Below, in pieces: positions 43,270 to 56,484 of a DNA stretch of 64,000 nucleotides; position 1 is the first letter of the stretch; each line of letters opens with the position of its first letter. Under the pieces are notes generated by a model. That model made no database searches. It was not told where the DNA came from and worked only from the letters and a program-made list of their open reading frames with translations. A program made the translations under genes and the position numbers. This DNA comes from Octopus vulgaris (lineage: Eukaryota), in NCBI GenBank assembly GCA_951406725.2, contig OX597816.1:161820001-161884000 (forward strand), written 5' to 3'.

Positions 43270-43368
43270 TGTTCCCTGACGATACATTGCAGTTAAGTAT
43301 CCTAATTCGCTTGGGACATCTAATGCTGAGTTCCAATTAACTACAATGGCGAAACGTACGTAGGAACA
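43270..43368 (+). ncRNA. Type I hammerhead ribozyme
   Basis: TGTTCC-CTGACGA-taCATTGcAGTTAA...TTAACTaCAATGgc-GAAA-CGTACG-TA-GGAACA; 6-bp stem I; first two stem II pairs mismatched. Confidence 0.7.
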
Positions 43369-43851
43369 AAACATCTATACTGGTGTTTGTCTTAATTTCC
43401 GCCACGTATGCTTTACATACAATAACTAGCGACATTGCTAAGTACAGTGGTTGACGAACCACTATATTGGAAGGCGAAAGGATAATGATAATTTATGTTG
43501 AGCTCAAACTCATACACTAGAAGCCTTACCTATAACTGTGCACAAATGATATATGAATGTACATGTATACAAACAAACATATACAAACATGCTGAAATAA
43601 ATGTAGGCAATAGAATATAAAGAAACGCTTGGATATAGATCTCCAATTATGAATACTCGCATATAAAGTTTTATTACGACATACATACTAACCGTAAACC
43701 CTCCATCATAATATTCAAAATGGTTTGTTTTTATACTGAAAAAATCTACATACATCTATGTTACCACACTTGATGTATGCATGTTTATTCGAATATATTT
43801 GGGTATCAGTATGTATATACACAAACACATAATACATAACGCATACATACA

Positions 43852-43897
<46 letters not shown>

Positions 43898-43935
43898 TGT
43901 ATGTATGCGTTATGTATTATATGACGGTGGAGGTG

Positions 43936-43980
<45 letters not shown>

Positions 43981-44250
43981 AAGACAATATAAATTTGAGC
44001 ATGCTGATATACATACGTATCCACGTATATGTCTGTATATATACATAGCAACACATACACAGATATCCACACTTAACATGTATACATATATAAAAGGAAT
44101 ATATATCGTCTCTCTTACTCTCGCTATATTTTTCTTTGTCACTCTATCTCTATCTGTCTGTTTGTCTCTCTCACTCTCTGTTCATAATATACATATGTCC
44201 ATAGTTTATAACATAAATAATATATATATATACGCACACACAGACACACA

Positions 44251-44294
<44 letters not shown>

Positions 44295-44859
44295 CATATA
44301 GATAGATACATACATACCTAAATAATATAACATACATACACACATACATACACACATACATACATACGTACATACATAATATATATATATAATATACATA
44401 CACACACATACACGAACATATATACATACATACATACATACATACATGCATGCATGCATACATACATACATACATACATACATACATACATAAATAGATA
44501 GATAGATACATACATACATACATACATACATACATACATACATAAATAGATACATACATACATACATACATACATACATAAATAGATACATACATACATA
44601 CATACATACATACATACATACATACATACATACATACATACATACATACAGATACATATGCATTACTTATATTATCACTCCTGTCTGCCTGCAATTCTGT
44701 CTGTCTGTCGTCTCCATCCGTATCTCACCTTCTTTGTGTATTTGTGTTTGTGAGATGAGTGTATGTATGTGCAAGTATCTTTGTATACAGACACACGCAG
44801 ACACATATATATACACATAGAAACATACAAACATACATAGATATATATATGTGTGTGTG

Positions 44860-45240
44860 CGTGTGTGTGTGTTTGTGTGTGCGTGTGTTTGTCTGTGAAT
44901 ACGTGTATGTGTGTCAATACATGTATGTGTGTGTATATATAAATATACATACATACGTGTGTGCGTGTATGTAGTTGTGTGTGTGTTTTTGTGTGTGCGT
45001 GTGTTTGTCTGTGAATACGTGTATGTGTGTCAATAAATACATGTATGTGTGTGTATATATAAATATACATACATACATACGTGTGTGCGTGTATGAGGTT
45101 GTGTGTGTGTTTTTGTGTATGCGTGTGTTTGTCTGTGAATACGTGTATGTGTGTCAATAAATACACGTATGTGTGTGTATATATAAATATACATACATAC
45201 ATACGTGTGTGCGTGTATGTAGTTGTGTGTGTTTGTGAGT
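44860..45240. repeat. About 120-bp compound TG-rich tandem repeat, three copies
   Basis: GTTTGTCTGTGAATACGTGTATGTGTGTCAATA occurs three times. Confidence 0.85.
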
Positions 45241-45634
45241 GTATGTTGTGTGTGTGTGCCTCGTTTTTATTAAGAACGATAACTCTGAAGATTTAATAGG
45301 AGTGCATTTTTCATGAAACATTTGCAGCAACCAGCTTTAATTAAATATTTAGGGTTGTAAGGATAATTCAACTGAAAGTAAGGAAGAAAAATTGATTTTC
45401 TATCAAACGGGGTCCTGACATAACATGCATTTACCACAGGAGGCCATGAAAAACTCTCGTAATCCAGCGTTGGCAATAAACTGTACCGCATTAGAGGATA
45501 TAAAAATAGAGCACTCTGTGGATTTGAAATGATAGAGTTATTTTGTCTCTTTGTTTGCTGGCTGGCTGGTTGGTTGGTTGGTAGGGAGAAGGGAGAGGAG
45601 TGCACGTGTATGTATGCGTGCTTTTAATATGTAT

Positions 45635-45679
<45 letters not shown>

Positions 45680-45700
45680 AACACACATGCGTATACACAC

Positions 45701-45758
<58 letters not shown>

Positions 45759-46369
45759 ATAGGAAGGTAGATAGATATATAGATATATACATCTATATAT
45801 GTAAGTATGTATGTATATATATATATATATATATATATACATACATACTTACATATATAGATGTATATATCTCTATATCTATCTACCTTCCTATACACAC
45901 ACATACACACGTATATATGTATGTCTATACACACATGCACACACGAGCACACACACACATACATGGATATATATATATATATGTATACATACATGCATAC
46001 ACATATATATATGTATTTATCTATCTCTTTCTATACACACACATACACACACATACACATATATATGTCTATACACAACATGTACACACATATATGTATG
46101 TATGTCTATACACAAAAACACACACTCTCTCTCTTTCTCTCTCTTCATCTCTCTTTCTCTCTCTTCATCTCTCTTTCTCTCTCTCTCTCCTTTCTCTCTC
46201 TTTCTTCCTCTCTTTCTCACTTTCTCTCTATCTTTCTCCCTCACTCTCTCACACACACAGACACTCAATCTCAAACACATGTGCAAATGTGAGTTGTTTT
46301 TTGTATGTATAAATTTATGTAACTATCCTTCTGTCGATGTGTAGATAAGGGTGTACGACATGCTGCTAA

Positions 46370-46581
<212 letters not shown>

Positions 46582-46967
46582 CGCATGCATATACGTGTGT
46601 GCGTGTTGCTGGGTATATATAGATATATAAATATGCGTGCATGGTTACAAGTGTATACTTATATATGTATGCATAATATGAATGCAAGTATGTATTTATG
46701 TGTATATATAATTTATATACAAATATATATTGGAGGCACACGCATGTTATATAGTTACACACATATATTTATATTTGTTTATATATGTACACACACAGAT
46801 ATATATAGGTAAAATAGCACAAATAGAATGGGGAAATAAGACAGTTGGGTGACGAGAGATGTTACGACACTTCCAAAGGTGTTGGACAAAATGTAAATAC
46901 AAGCAGTAAAATAAAATTAGTTGAGCACAATGAAATCAACTAAGCGGAAACGTGAACATTTATGGAC

Positions 46968-47009
<42 letters not shown>

Positions 47010-47119
47010 ATGTATCATATATATATATTTATATATGTATATATACATACATACATATATATATATATATGTGTATGTATATATATATATTTATATAAAT
47101 ATATATATATATATACATT

Positions 47120-47312
47120 TATGGGGGAGAATTCACAAAAAAACAAAACATGAAGACATGTGGTGTAGACAACAGACAGATGTATTACTTTAACGCTAGG
47201 GGAATGAAAAAGTCTATAACGTTTCGAGCCTACGCTCTTCCACAGAAAGGAACACAGAAAGAAACAGGGAGAGAAAATAAAGAATGTGTAGTGGCTAGCG
47301 ATCTATCATGGC
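47120..47312 (-). mobile_element. Small element with a variant hammerhead-like motif (core CTGTGGA) at 47214-47249
   Basis: CTTT-CTGTGGA-aGAGC gtag GCTC-GAAA-CG-TT-ATAG; flanked by microsatellites. Confidence 0.5.
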
Positions 47313-47357
47313 ATACATACATACATACATACATACATACATACATACATACATACA

Positions 47358-47391
<34 letters not shown>

Positions 47392-47404
47392 CATACATAC
47401 ATAT

Positions 47405-47468
<64 letters not shown>

Positions 47469-47863
47469 GCACATATGTATATATATATATATATCTCCTC
47501 TACAAGCCAGCCCCAAACTCAACTCGTCCTGTCGAAAGACCCTTGTCCTACGTCCTGGTTTTGTTTTTATCCTTACCATTATTGTTTTCACGTATTTTGG
47601 GATTCTTATTCGTGTACATCGTCCGTTTTCCGTCCTTGTGTTGTATACATTCGAGGCTTTCTTCCAAGGGATCTAATGCGCTTGGCTTAGATTTCCCTTG
47701 GTGGCTGCCCAGGTCGGAGCAATCTCAAGATTAATCAGCCGAAATTGCGAAGATGATCCGGTTCTTGACTGATGACTGAGGGCTTCGAATGTCCCGTCCT
47801 GTGGTTCTTGTGTCGTCTTCTAAGTGTTTCACGTTCTTGTCCCAGTTTGTATATATTTTTTAC

Positions 47864-47940
<77 letters not shown>

Positions 47941-47943
<3 letters not shown>

Positions 47944-48112
47944 CGTAATTGTGTAGTAAGAGGTTTGTTTCTCAGTCACATGCATCTTGATTCATTTCCA
48001 CTGCGTTATATTTTGGGCAACTGCCTTTTACTATAGCCTCGCGTAAGCCAAAGCCTTTTGAGTGTATTTAGTAGAGAGAAACTGAAAGAAGACAGTCGTA
48101 TAGATACATACA

Positions 48113-48177
<65 letters not shown>

Positions 48178-48860
48178 CTAATGTAGGATAAAATTCTTTT
48201 CGGGAAAAAATTTTTTATCAATGGCCAGCATATCAAAAAACACATTTAAAGGTTAAATTTATAAATAATTTACAAAATAACGGCAAAAGAAAAATTCTAA
48301 TGCCAAATATGCCGAAAAAGACAAAAATTGTTAATAACCATTATGATTCATGCGTCTCGAAACAAACCGATAGAAATTTCTAAAAAATCCGTTATTACCG
48401 TATTGGTCCCAATTTCGGGGTTAATTCATAAGAATTTCCCCCTCTTCAGCGATAAATACGTGAGATATAAGTGAAATACTTACTCATACCCATAGAAAAA
48501 GCAAGTACTAAGTCCTGAGCAGACCTAAGTACCCCAAATATATCCAAAATAGAAAAATATATATGTATATATATGCATATATATATATGTGTCTAAACAT
48601 ATATATATGTAAATATACATACATATATATGTATATCTATCTATATGTTATATATGTGTGTATGTCATTGTGTCTGTGTTTGTCGCCCACCACCCCATGA
48701 CAACCGGTGTAGATGTGATTATGTACCTGTAACTTAGCAGCTTGGAAAGCAGGACTGATAGAACAAGCATAAGCTTATGAATATTCTGGGGTAGATTCGT
48801 TCGGCTAAAATACCAACATGGCAGCGATCGAATGACTGAATCGAGTAAGTGATAAAGGAT
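47941..48860 (+). mobile_element. Old SINE family A copy split by an insertion (48176-48560) in its internal TA tract
   Basis: 5' half 47941-48100 and 3' half 48660-48860. Confidence 0.7.
48395..48455 (-). ncRNA. Type I hammerhead ribozyme (AUA site)
   Basis: TTATCG-CTGAAGA-GGGG..AATTC ttat GAATT..CCCC-GAAA-TTGG ga CCAA-TA-CGGTAA. Confidence 0.8.
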
Positions 48861-48862
48861 TT

Positions 48863-48910
<48 letters not shown>

Positions 48911-48938
48911 AATATACATATACATACATATATATATA

Positions 48939-49551
48939 TGCTAAACCCTTAATTGCTTAGTATTACTTAAATTTTCCTCGAATGGGGCTTTTACATGCCG
49001 AAGACTACTTGGTGTAATTGATAATTATTCCAAATTAATTAATTTCACCCTTCATTGTTACTGATAACCATATTCATCCCAGTAAATGACCACAGCACTT
49101 TGTCTTGGCTACACGCGGGTGGGAAGGGACTGGTGACACAAACTTTCATTCAAACTTTGAATTTGGTGATACTGGCTGTGGCTTCTAGCTCGCTCTGATA
49201 CTGAGTTGAGTTGGTGCCTTCTAGTATCTCAAAATTCAATATACAATCATTCATGATTGTTCGTATCCTGCGCTGATGAGAGAAGAAGTATGGGTAAGGT
49301 CGAATTATCTAATTCTTATGCTTTCCTAAGACTTGATCTCGAAACGTACGTCCGTAGGTGACTTAAAACTGTATGATAGATTGCCGTTAATTCATTCTCT
49401 CTTACCTGTTTGTGTTCGCCTTTCAAATGCTGTGTTTTTGCTGAGATCTCCCTTTTAGTAGAAGAAATAGCTATAATCTCTTTGACTGCTATTTCTAAAT
49501 TCGGTGTGCGGTAAGTCAATTCGTTGCTAAACCCTTAATTGCTTAGTATTA

Positions 49552-49555
<4 letters not shown>
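48939..49555 (+). mobile_element. 586-bp hammerhead-bearing monomer plus 31-bp terminal redundancy, in (TA)n (retrozyme-like)
   Basis: TGCTAAACCCTTAATTGCTTAGTATTACTTA at 48939-48969 and 49525-49555; homologous to the 561-bp unit. Confidence 0.85.
49267..49358 (+). ncRNA. Type I hammerhead ribozyme
   Basis: CCTGCG-CTGATGA-GAGA..AAGT...ACTT..TCTC-GAAA-CGTACG-TC-CGTAGG; canonical GUC site. Confidence 0.88.
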
Positions 49556-49610
<55 letters not shown>

Positions 49611-49614
49611 GTGT

Positions 49615-49945
49615 ATAATGGCAGGGCAAGACTGCTAGGTAGTGGGCCGTATGCTAGAAATAGATCATCAACGATCAAACTACAAAGAAAGTTCTCTAGA
49701 GGAAAAATTCAGCGAACACCAGAACCATATATATTCAAAATGTGACCGCGTATGTACTGTTGGTGATTTTTTTCCTCCGTCTTCCCATCTCTGGATCTTT
49801 CCTTCTCCTATGTTTCCTAAGAAGAGCTCTGCTCGAAACGTTAAACCCTCCTTCTTTCCTTCTTTCCTGAACGTCCAATAATACTATATTTGTTCCACGT
49901 CCTCGCGTTGTTGTGTTCTTTTGTGCTTTCTTGTTTGGATTAACT
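49615..49945 (+). mobile_element. Small element with a decayed minimal hammerhead (49812-49846)
   Basis: GTTT-CCTAAGA-aGAGC tct GCTC-GAAA-CG-TT-AAAC; core mutated. Confidence 0.5.
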
Positions 49946-49956
49946 ATATATATACA

Positions 49957-49987
<31 letters not shown>

Positions 49988-50029
49988 GTATATATATATA
50001 TATATATACACACACATTAATACTATTGA

Positions 50030-50720
50030 ACATTGGGAGGGGCATAATACCGGTAATAATATATATACATATACACACAATTAAAAAAGCCGCAACTAGT
50101 TTCATTCTGTAGAGATACAATAGTTTGATAGATTTATATAACATGCCAAGTGTATCTAAACAATCTTTCAGGTTTCAGTGCATACCATTGGACCTACTTG
50201 AATACCAGGACGCTGATCTATGAGAAGACAAGAAAAAAAATGAATGGAAGAACACTAAGGAGGTTTATGCAAATGTGAAACGAGAAGAAGAGTAGGAAAA
50301 CCAAATCTTTGTTCCGTTTGTCTATAAAATCAAATAATCTAGCTGGTGTAGAATAATATAACGGAGAGGAGACCAAAGTCTGTGGGATAGCAACTGAATC
50401 TGAAGAGAGTGGTGTCCTCCAGTCTAACAAAAGGAACTTGCCTATGTGCTTGCATTTACTATACATTTCGGGCCTACAATTAAATAGTGTGTTGGAATTC
50501 TTAGATTTAAAAAGAACATGCAACCTTTTAGTTACGCATAACATGCATCTCTTTGATCCGTTTACATATGGCGTAGATTTCTCCACGATTCTCCACTCGA
50601 TTGTATGTGGTATACAGTTGGTATTCAGATCGCATACAAAGCAAAACAACTTTATGGCTTTACTTTTATCAAAGTGGTGGAGAGAGGCCGGGGATTTGTA
50701 TAGTAGTTTTTCAAATTGAC
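50030..50720 (-). pseudogene. Penelope-like element 3' end: C-terminal GIY-YIG endonuclease region plus downstream pLTR remnant
   Basis: TIEWRIVEKSTPYVNGSKRCMLCVTKRLHVL..LFNCRPEMYSKCKHIGKFLL fits the PLE pattern IxWxIxxKxxPYxxxxxxCxLCxxEK...LLNxRxExxxxCxH; decayed GAAA-CTAG-TT motif at about 50084-50093. Confidence 0.8.
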
Positions 50721-51002
50721 TTTAAATAAGTACTATTTTAGATTTGATCAACTAAATCTTTGAATGCGGTACTCCAGCATGATCCGCAGTGCAGTATGAG
50801 AATCAAAATGGAAATGTATACCCAAACCCACCAGTAGCCCGCCACATACGTGCACACACACACACACACACACACTGATACACACACAAACACATACATA
50901 TAGACATATATATACATATGTATATACGTGTATATATCTATACTAGCCATCACCGTATTTGTCTATACCTGTATATCTATATTTGTGTGTGTATATATAT
51001 AC

Positions 51003-51040
<38 letters not shown>

Positions 51041-51202
51041 GTATATAATAGAGTGTAATTCAATACGCGAGTGTGTGTAAGTGTATGTGTGTGGGTGGGT
51101 GAGCGTGTGCACAATGATTGAAAAGTGAAAGTAGCACATTAAACATAAATGAAAACGTGCGTACAGCCGGAACTACAGGAATAAGAGGAAGGGAAAGAGA
51201 TT

Positions 51203-51239
<37 letters not shown>

Positions 51240-51579
51240 CGAGAGAGAGAGAGGGTGAAAGAAGGAAAGAGGGAAGGAGGGAGAGAGAAGAAGAACGAGA
51301 GAGGGGAGAGTGAGAGATGTAAAAAGAATATGCAACTTTTAAAGGGAAACAAAATTCTACAGTCGACTTCAGAACAATTGGTTTGAACGAGTGCGATTGA
51401 ATATAATGGTGCATAAAGAACTTCTGGTAAAAGTCTGCAAAGGAAACTATTAAAAGAGTTATTGAAGAACTAAATCAATCAGATTGAACTGATATTAACC
51501 ATTAATTATATATTGTTTGTTTGTCTTTGCATAAAAATTTCTACTTAACTTTTTAAAGTCCCTCCTTTCATTATATATA

Positions 51580-51643
<64 letters not shown>

Positions 51644-51702
51644 TGTGTGTGTGTATATATATGTATACATATATATGTATACAGATATATGTATATATGT
51701 AC

Positions 51703-51733
<31 letters not shown>

Positions 51734-51743
51734 TAATATATAA

Positions 51744-51837
51744 CGGCTAACTCTGATGAGCGCAGGATTACATAATCGGATTGTAACCTAACACTCCGTT
51801 GAACCCTTGGTGCTAAACCGACTGATAAGATCAGCCG
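51744..51837 (+). ncRNA. Decayed hammerhead
   Basis: CGGCTaaCT-CTGATGA-GCGC...GTGC-TAAA (for GAAA)...TA-AGatcAGCCG. Confidence 0.4.
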
Positions 51838-52422
51838 CAATGGATATCTAATACTGTAAATTTCGCTTAATACACACACACACACACAAACATACACAGG
51901 CACACACACAAACACACACACATATACACACATATGTATGTAATCATGTATGTTTGTATGGATGGAAGTATTAATGGATAGTTGAATGTGTTCTTGAGAA
52001 ACAGCAGTGAGAACTTTTAAAGGGTTCCAATATCTCACGAACGTATTTGGACTGGTTTTTAATTTCGTTTACTTCCAAACACTTCGCCTATCTACGCACA
52101 AATTTGTTTCGTCGTGGTGATCGATATGCGCTGTATATGACTAATATCGACTTGCCCCTTGGAGTCAAGAGTTTGAAACACGTGTCCGTCAGTCCAACAG
52201 ATGGTGGTTTAATCTGACTACGTTAGTTTAGCAACGTTTTTTTTTTGTCTCAAGCAATTTTTTTATGGCAAACTGCAGTTTGGACATCATTTGGACAATG
52301 ACGGCCTTCAGTGAAGCTATGGTAGGGATTTGTCACAATGTCAATTAGTCTCCCCTTTTATGGCAGTAATTATCGTTTCTGAATATCACCAAGAAGTGCG
52401 TGCTCATAATAAAAATAATATT

Positions 52423-52786
52423 GGAAGCACTCCGTCGGTTACGACGACGAGGGTTCCGGTTGATCCGATCAACGGAACAGCCTGCTCGTGAAATTAACGT
52501 GTAAGTGGCTGAGCATTCTACAGACACGTGTACCCTTAACGTAGTTCTCGGGGATATTCAGCGTGACACAGAGAGTGACAAGGCCGGCCCTTTGAAATAC
52601 AGGTACAACAGAAACAGGAAGTAAAAGAAAGTTGTGGTGAAAGATTACCACCATCCCTGCCGGAGCCTCATGGAGCTTTAGGTGTTTTCGCTCAATAAAC
52701 ACTCACAACGCCCGGTCTGGGAATCGAAACCGCGATCCTACGACCGCGAGTCTGCTGCCCTAACCACTGGGCCATTGCGCCTCCAC
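52423..52786 (-). mobile_element. SINE family C with 12-bp TSD
   Basis: TSD AAAAATAATATT at 52411-52422 and 52787-52798. Confidence 0.9.
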
Positions 52787-52810
52787 AAAAATAATATTAG
52801 TTATTGATAA

Positions 52811-53028
52811 AAGCAACGAGCTGGCAGAATCGTTAGCCCGCCGGGCAAAATGCTTCACAGCATTTTGTTCGTCTTTCCGTTCTGAGTTCAAATTCCACTG
52901 AGGTCAACTTTGTCTTTTTTTCCTTTTGTAGTCGAAAAAATGAGCAACAGTCGAGCACTGGGGTCGATGTAATCGACTTATTGCCCAAAATTGCTGGTCT
53001 TGTCCCAAAATTTGAAACATACATACAT

Positions 53029-53066
<38 letters not shown>

Positions 53067-53192
53067 ACACATATATATATTTCTTTCATTTGTTTCAGTC
53101 ACTTGACTGCAGACATGCTGGAGCACCACCTTTAGTCGAACAAATCGAACCCAGGACTTATTCTATCGGTCCCTTTTGCTGAACCGCTAAGT
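52811..53192. mobile_element. SINE B (plus, 52811-53016) and SINE A 3' fragment (minus, 53082-53192)
   Basis: Homology to other copies. Confidence 0.75.
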
Positions 53193-53615
53193 TTTATATA
53201 TAATATAAGCAAAAAATCAATATAAGACTTAATTTATTAAACCAAGTCCAATCAATTACATCAGATAAATGAAATGAAGTAGATTAGATGTTCAAATGGA
53301 TTATCCTTTCCTTTCATAATCTTAGAGAATTGTTTCTGACAAAAAGGACCCGGATTTCCATAAAGAGAACACCGTAAAGATCGAATTTGTACTCTTCAGT
53401 AGGTGAGATTTAAAGGAAAATAAACAAAACGACGTTTTAAATATACATCGATTTTTTTTCTTAGTTATCATTATTATAGAGGTATTAGTATATTCATTCT
53501 TCCACTTACGATAATTTGAATCAAGACATAAGAAATCTATCGAAAAAATTTCTATTAAAGGACGAAGATATATTGATCCAGATGAATATGTATGTATGTA
53601 TACATATATGTATGC

Positions 53616-53650
<35 letters not shown>

Positions 53651-53684
53651 TGTATGTATGCATGTATATATGTATGTATATATG

Positions 53685-53715
<31 letters not shown>

Positions 53716-53899
53716 ATATATATACATACATATGTATGTGTATGTATGTATATATACATGCATACATATACGCAGATACATACACACGCATACACATATT
53801 ACTGGTCTTGTGACAAAATTTGAAACCACTATTAGTTTTTGATTAATGTTATATTTTTCCTTATTTTTTGTTTTAATATTTCTATGGGTCCCGGAACTT

Positions 53900-54140
53900 A
53901 TAAAGCTGGAGTGTAACCGGTTTTCATGGCGTATATGTGATTGAGATTACAACTCTCCTTCTTTCTTGAATGGCAGGCTGTTCAGTCGCAGGGTTAACAC
54001 CGCAGAGATTACTGGAACTCACTAAGGGCTGAGCAACGTGAAACGAAGTGTTTTGTATGAGAACATAACGCGTCACCTGGTCCTGGGAATCGAAACCACG
54101 ATCTTACGTTCGTGAATGCAACCTCCTTAACCACTGCACC
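53900..54140 (-). mobile_element. Decayed tRNA-derived SINE
   Basis: Minus strand CAGTGGTTAAGG..GTGGTTTCGATTCCCAGGACCAGG. Confidence 0.6.
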
Positions 54141-54500
54141 ACACAATCCTAAATGCAGGCGGCATCTCTGAGGCAGATCGTGTTTATCAGTCACCTGGAT
54201 GTGTTATCGAGTAATATACAAATTAACGAGGGAACTTCTCGATGGTCACTCTGTCTGTTAGGAATAGCAGTCAAATCAGGCTCAAATCACACTTACATTC
54301 TTAGAAAAGAACAAATTGCGTAATAGGGTCCTGAATTACCTGTACACAGGGGAGAAACCATACGAGATAGTCATGGCTGGAATATCTTTAGCAATAGGTT
54401 TGCTCAATCTGGGCTGATCTAGGGTTAAAGAGCAATAGTAAGAATGACATAATAGTGTACATTTTGCAATTAATGTACTACGAGACTGGTACACAACGGG

Positions 54501-54544
<44 letters not shown>

Positions 54545-54679
54545 GAGAGAGAAAGAGAGCGAGAAAGGGAGAAAGGGAGGGAGGGAGAGAGGAGGGTGAG
54601 AAAGAGAGGGAGGGGAGAATAAGACAGAGAGAAAGAATGGGAGAGAGAGACAGAGAGAGATAGTGATAGATAGATAGAC

Positions 54680-54714
<35 letters not shown>

Positions 54715-54740
54715 TAAATATATATATATATACACACACA

Positions 54741-54796
<56 letters not shown>

Positions 54797-55785
54797 CAGA
54801 TAGGCAGACAGAGGATGTCTCATTGTGTATTCATTGAGGCTGAATGAAACTCTAAATTTTCGAACTTTCCGTTGTCATACCACCAATGATATCTGCTAAA
54901 TTACTAACTCACCTCTCCAAAACGAATTTAGATCAAGGCTAGAAATATCTTCAAACATTGCGTCAATTAATTAATCTCTCAATTGTAAATTAATTAATAT
55001 CTAAAGAAACAGTCCAAGTACTTATACGCAACGTCGAGCGTCAGTAAAGTCTTGGGTTTCCTATGGTGATCCAAAAGAGATATGCACTGGAATGGTAAAG
55101 CATCACTTACGCTTGACCTCTGAAATGATCTGAGGTCAAGTCTGAAAGCAATGAAGCACTTGTTATTTATATAGTGTTCCCGCTGCTAGGCTATTGAAAG
55201 TTAAATATTTAGTAATTAAGTAACCTTCGGCTCTAAACCGGGCCCTACTCGTTTGTTGATTGCGTTGATTCTAAATGACGTCATAGTTAAAGACAACGAT
55301 ATTGTTCCCCTCCAACATTTATTCATATAGATACAGATAATTGATAATTGATGCTCCAATGTCGATAAAGAGACATTAACCACTGTGATTTATATAGAAA
55401 TTTTATTTAACTAACAAATAACTCAAAATACGACATTTTTATTCATAAACTATATTAAAGCAATGTGTGGAGTCAGTTAGTACAAGGGAGATAATCAGTT
55501 CTTCATAAAATTGGGCGGAATTAGTATTGAAATTTAAGTTTGTATTTGAAATTTTGGAACAAGGGCGAACAAGCATTGAATATCCTTATTTAATTTGTTT
55601 TGCTTACTCATTAAAATGTTCTCAACATTTCTAGTCAGTGGTAATCCCATATAGTACTATTTCATTCTTTTTGGAAATCCTCAGCATGACATTACCCAAC
55701 ATTTTATGAAGTGAGACATTTCTTATAGAAAAAGAATAGTTACTGAAAAGCATTTACAGAATGCATTTGCTTTTTCTCTTTTCTT

Positions 55786-56219
55786 ATTTACTCTTTTTAC
55801 TCTTTACTCTTTTACTCTTTTACTTGTTTCAGTCATTTGACTGCGGCCATGCTGGAGCACCGCCTTTAGTCGAGCAAATCGACCCCAGGACTTATTCTTT
55901 GTAAGCCTAGTACTTATTCTATCGGTCTCTTTTGCCGAACCGCTAAGTAACGGGGACAAAAACACACCAGTATCGGTTGTCAAGCGATGTTGGGAGGCCA
56001 AACATAGACACACATACATATACACACACATACATATATACATACATATATATATACGATAGGCTTCTTTCAGTTTCCGTCTACCAAATTCACTCACAAG
56101 GCTTCGGTTGGCCCGAGACTATAGTAGAAGACACTTGACCAAGGTTCCACGCAGTGGGACTGAACCCGGAACCATGTGGTAGGTAAGCAAGCTACTTACC
56201 ACACAGCCACTCCTGCGCC
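55786..56219 (-). mobile_element. Full-length SINE family A
   Basis: Reverse complement of the consensus with an (AGTAAAAG)n tail. Confidence 0.9.
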
Positions 56220-56235
56220 TATATATTCATGGTGG

Positions 56236-56465
56236 GGCGAGCTGGCAGAAACGTTAGCACGTCGGGCGAAATGCGTAGCCGTATTTCGTCTGCCGTTAAG
56301 TGTTCTGGGTTCAAATTCCGCCGAGGTCGACTTTGCCTTTCATCCTTCCGGGGTCGATAAATTAAGTACCAGTTACGCACTGGGGTCGATGTAATCGACT
56401 TAATCCCTTTGTCTGTCCTTGTTTGTCCCCTCTATGTTTAGCCCCTTGTGGGTAGTAAAGAAATA
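56236..56465 (+). mobile_element. Young SINE family B with 16-bp TSD
   Basis: TATATATTCATGGTGG at 56220-56235 and 56466-56481. Confidence 0.9.
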
Positions 56466-56484
56466 TATATATTCATGGTGGTTA

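Noticed and set aside
45280-45330. CTGAAGA...GAAAC motif (also isolated CTGANGA at 2459, 4452 and 24956)
   Set aside because: No complementary stems or cleavage triplet; expected by chance
47740-47800. Possible type II hammerhead (GAAA ... CTGATGA)
   Set aside because: Stems I and III and the NUH site could not be paired convincingly
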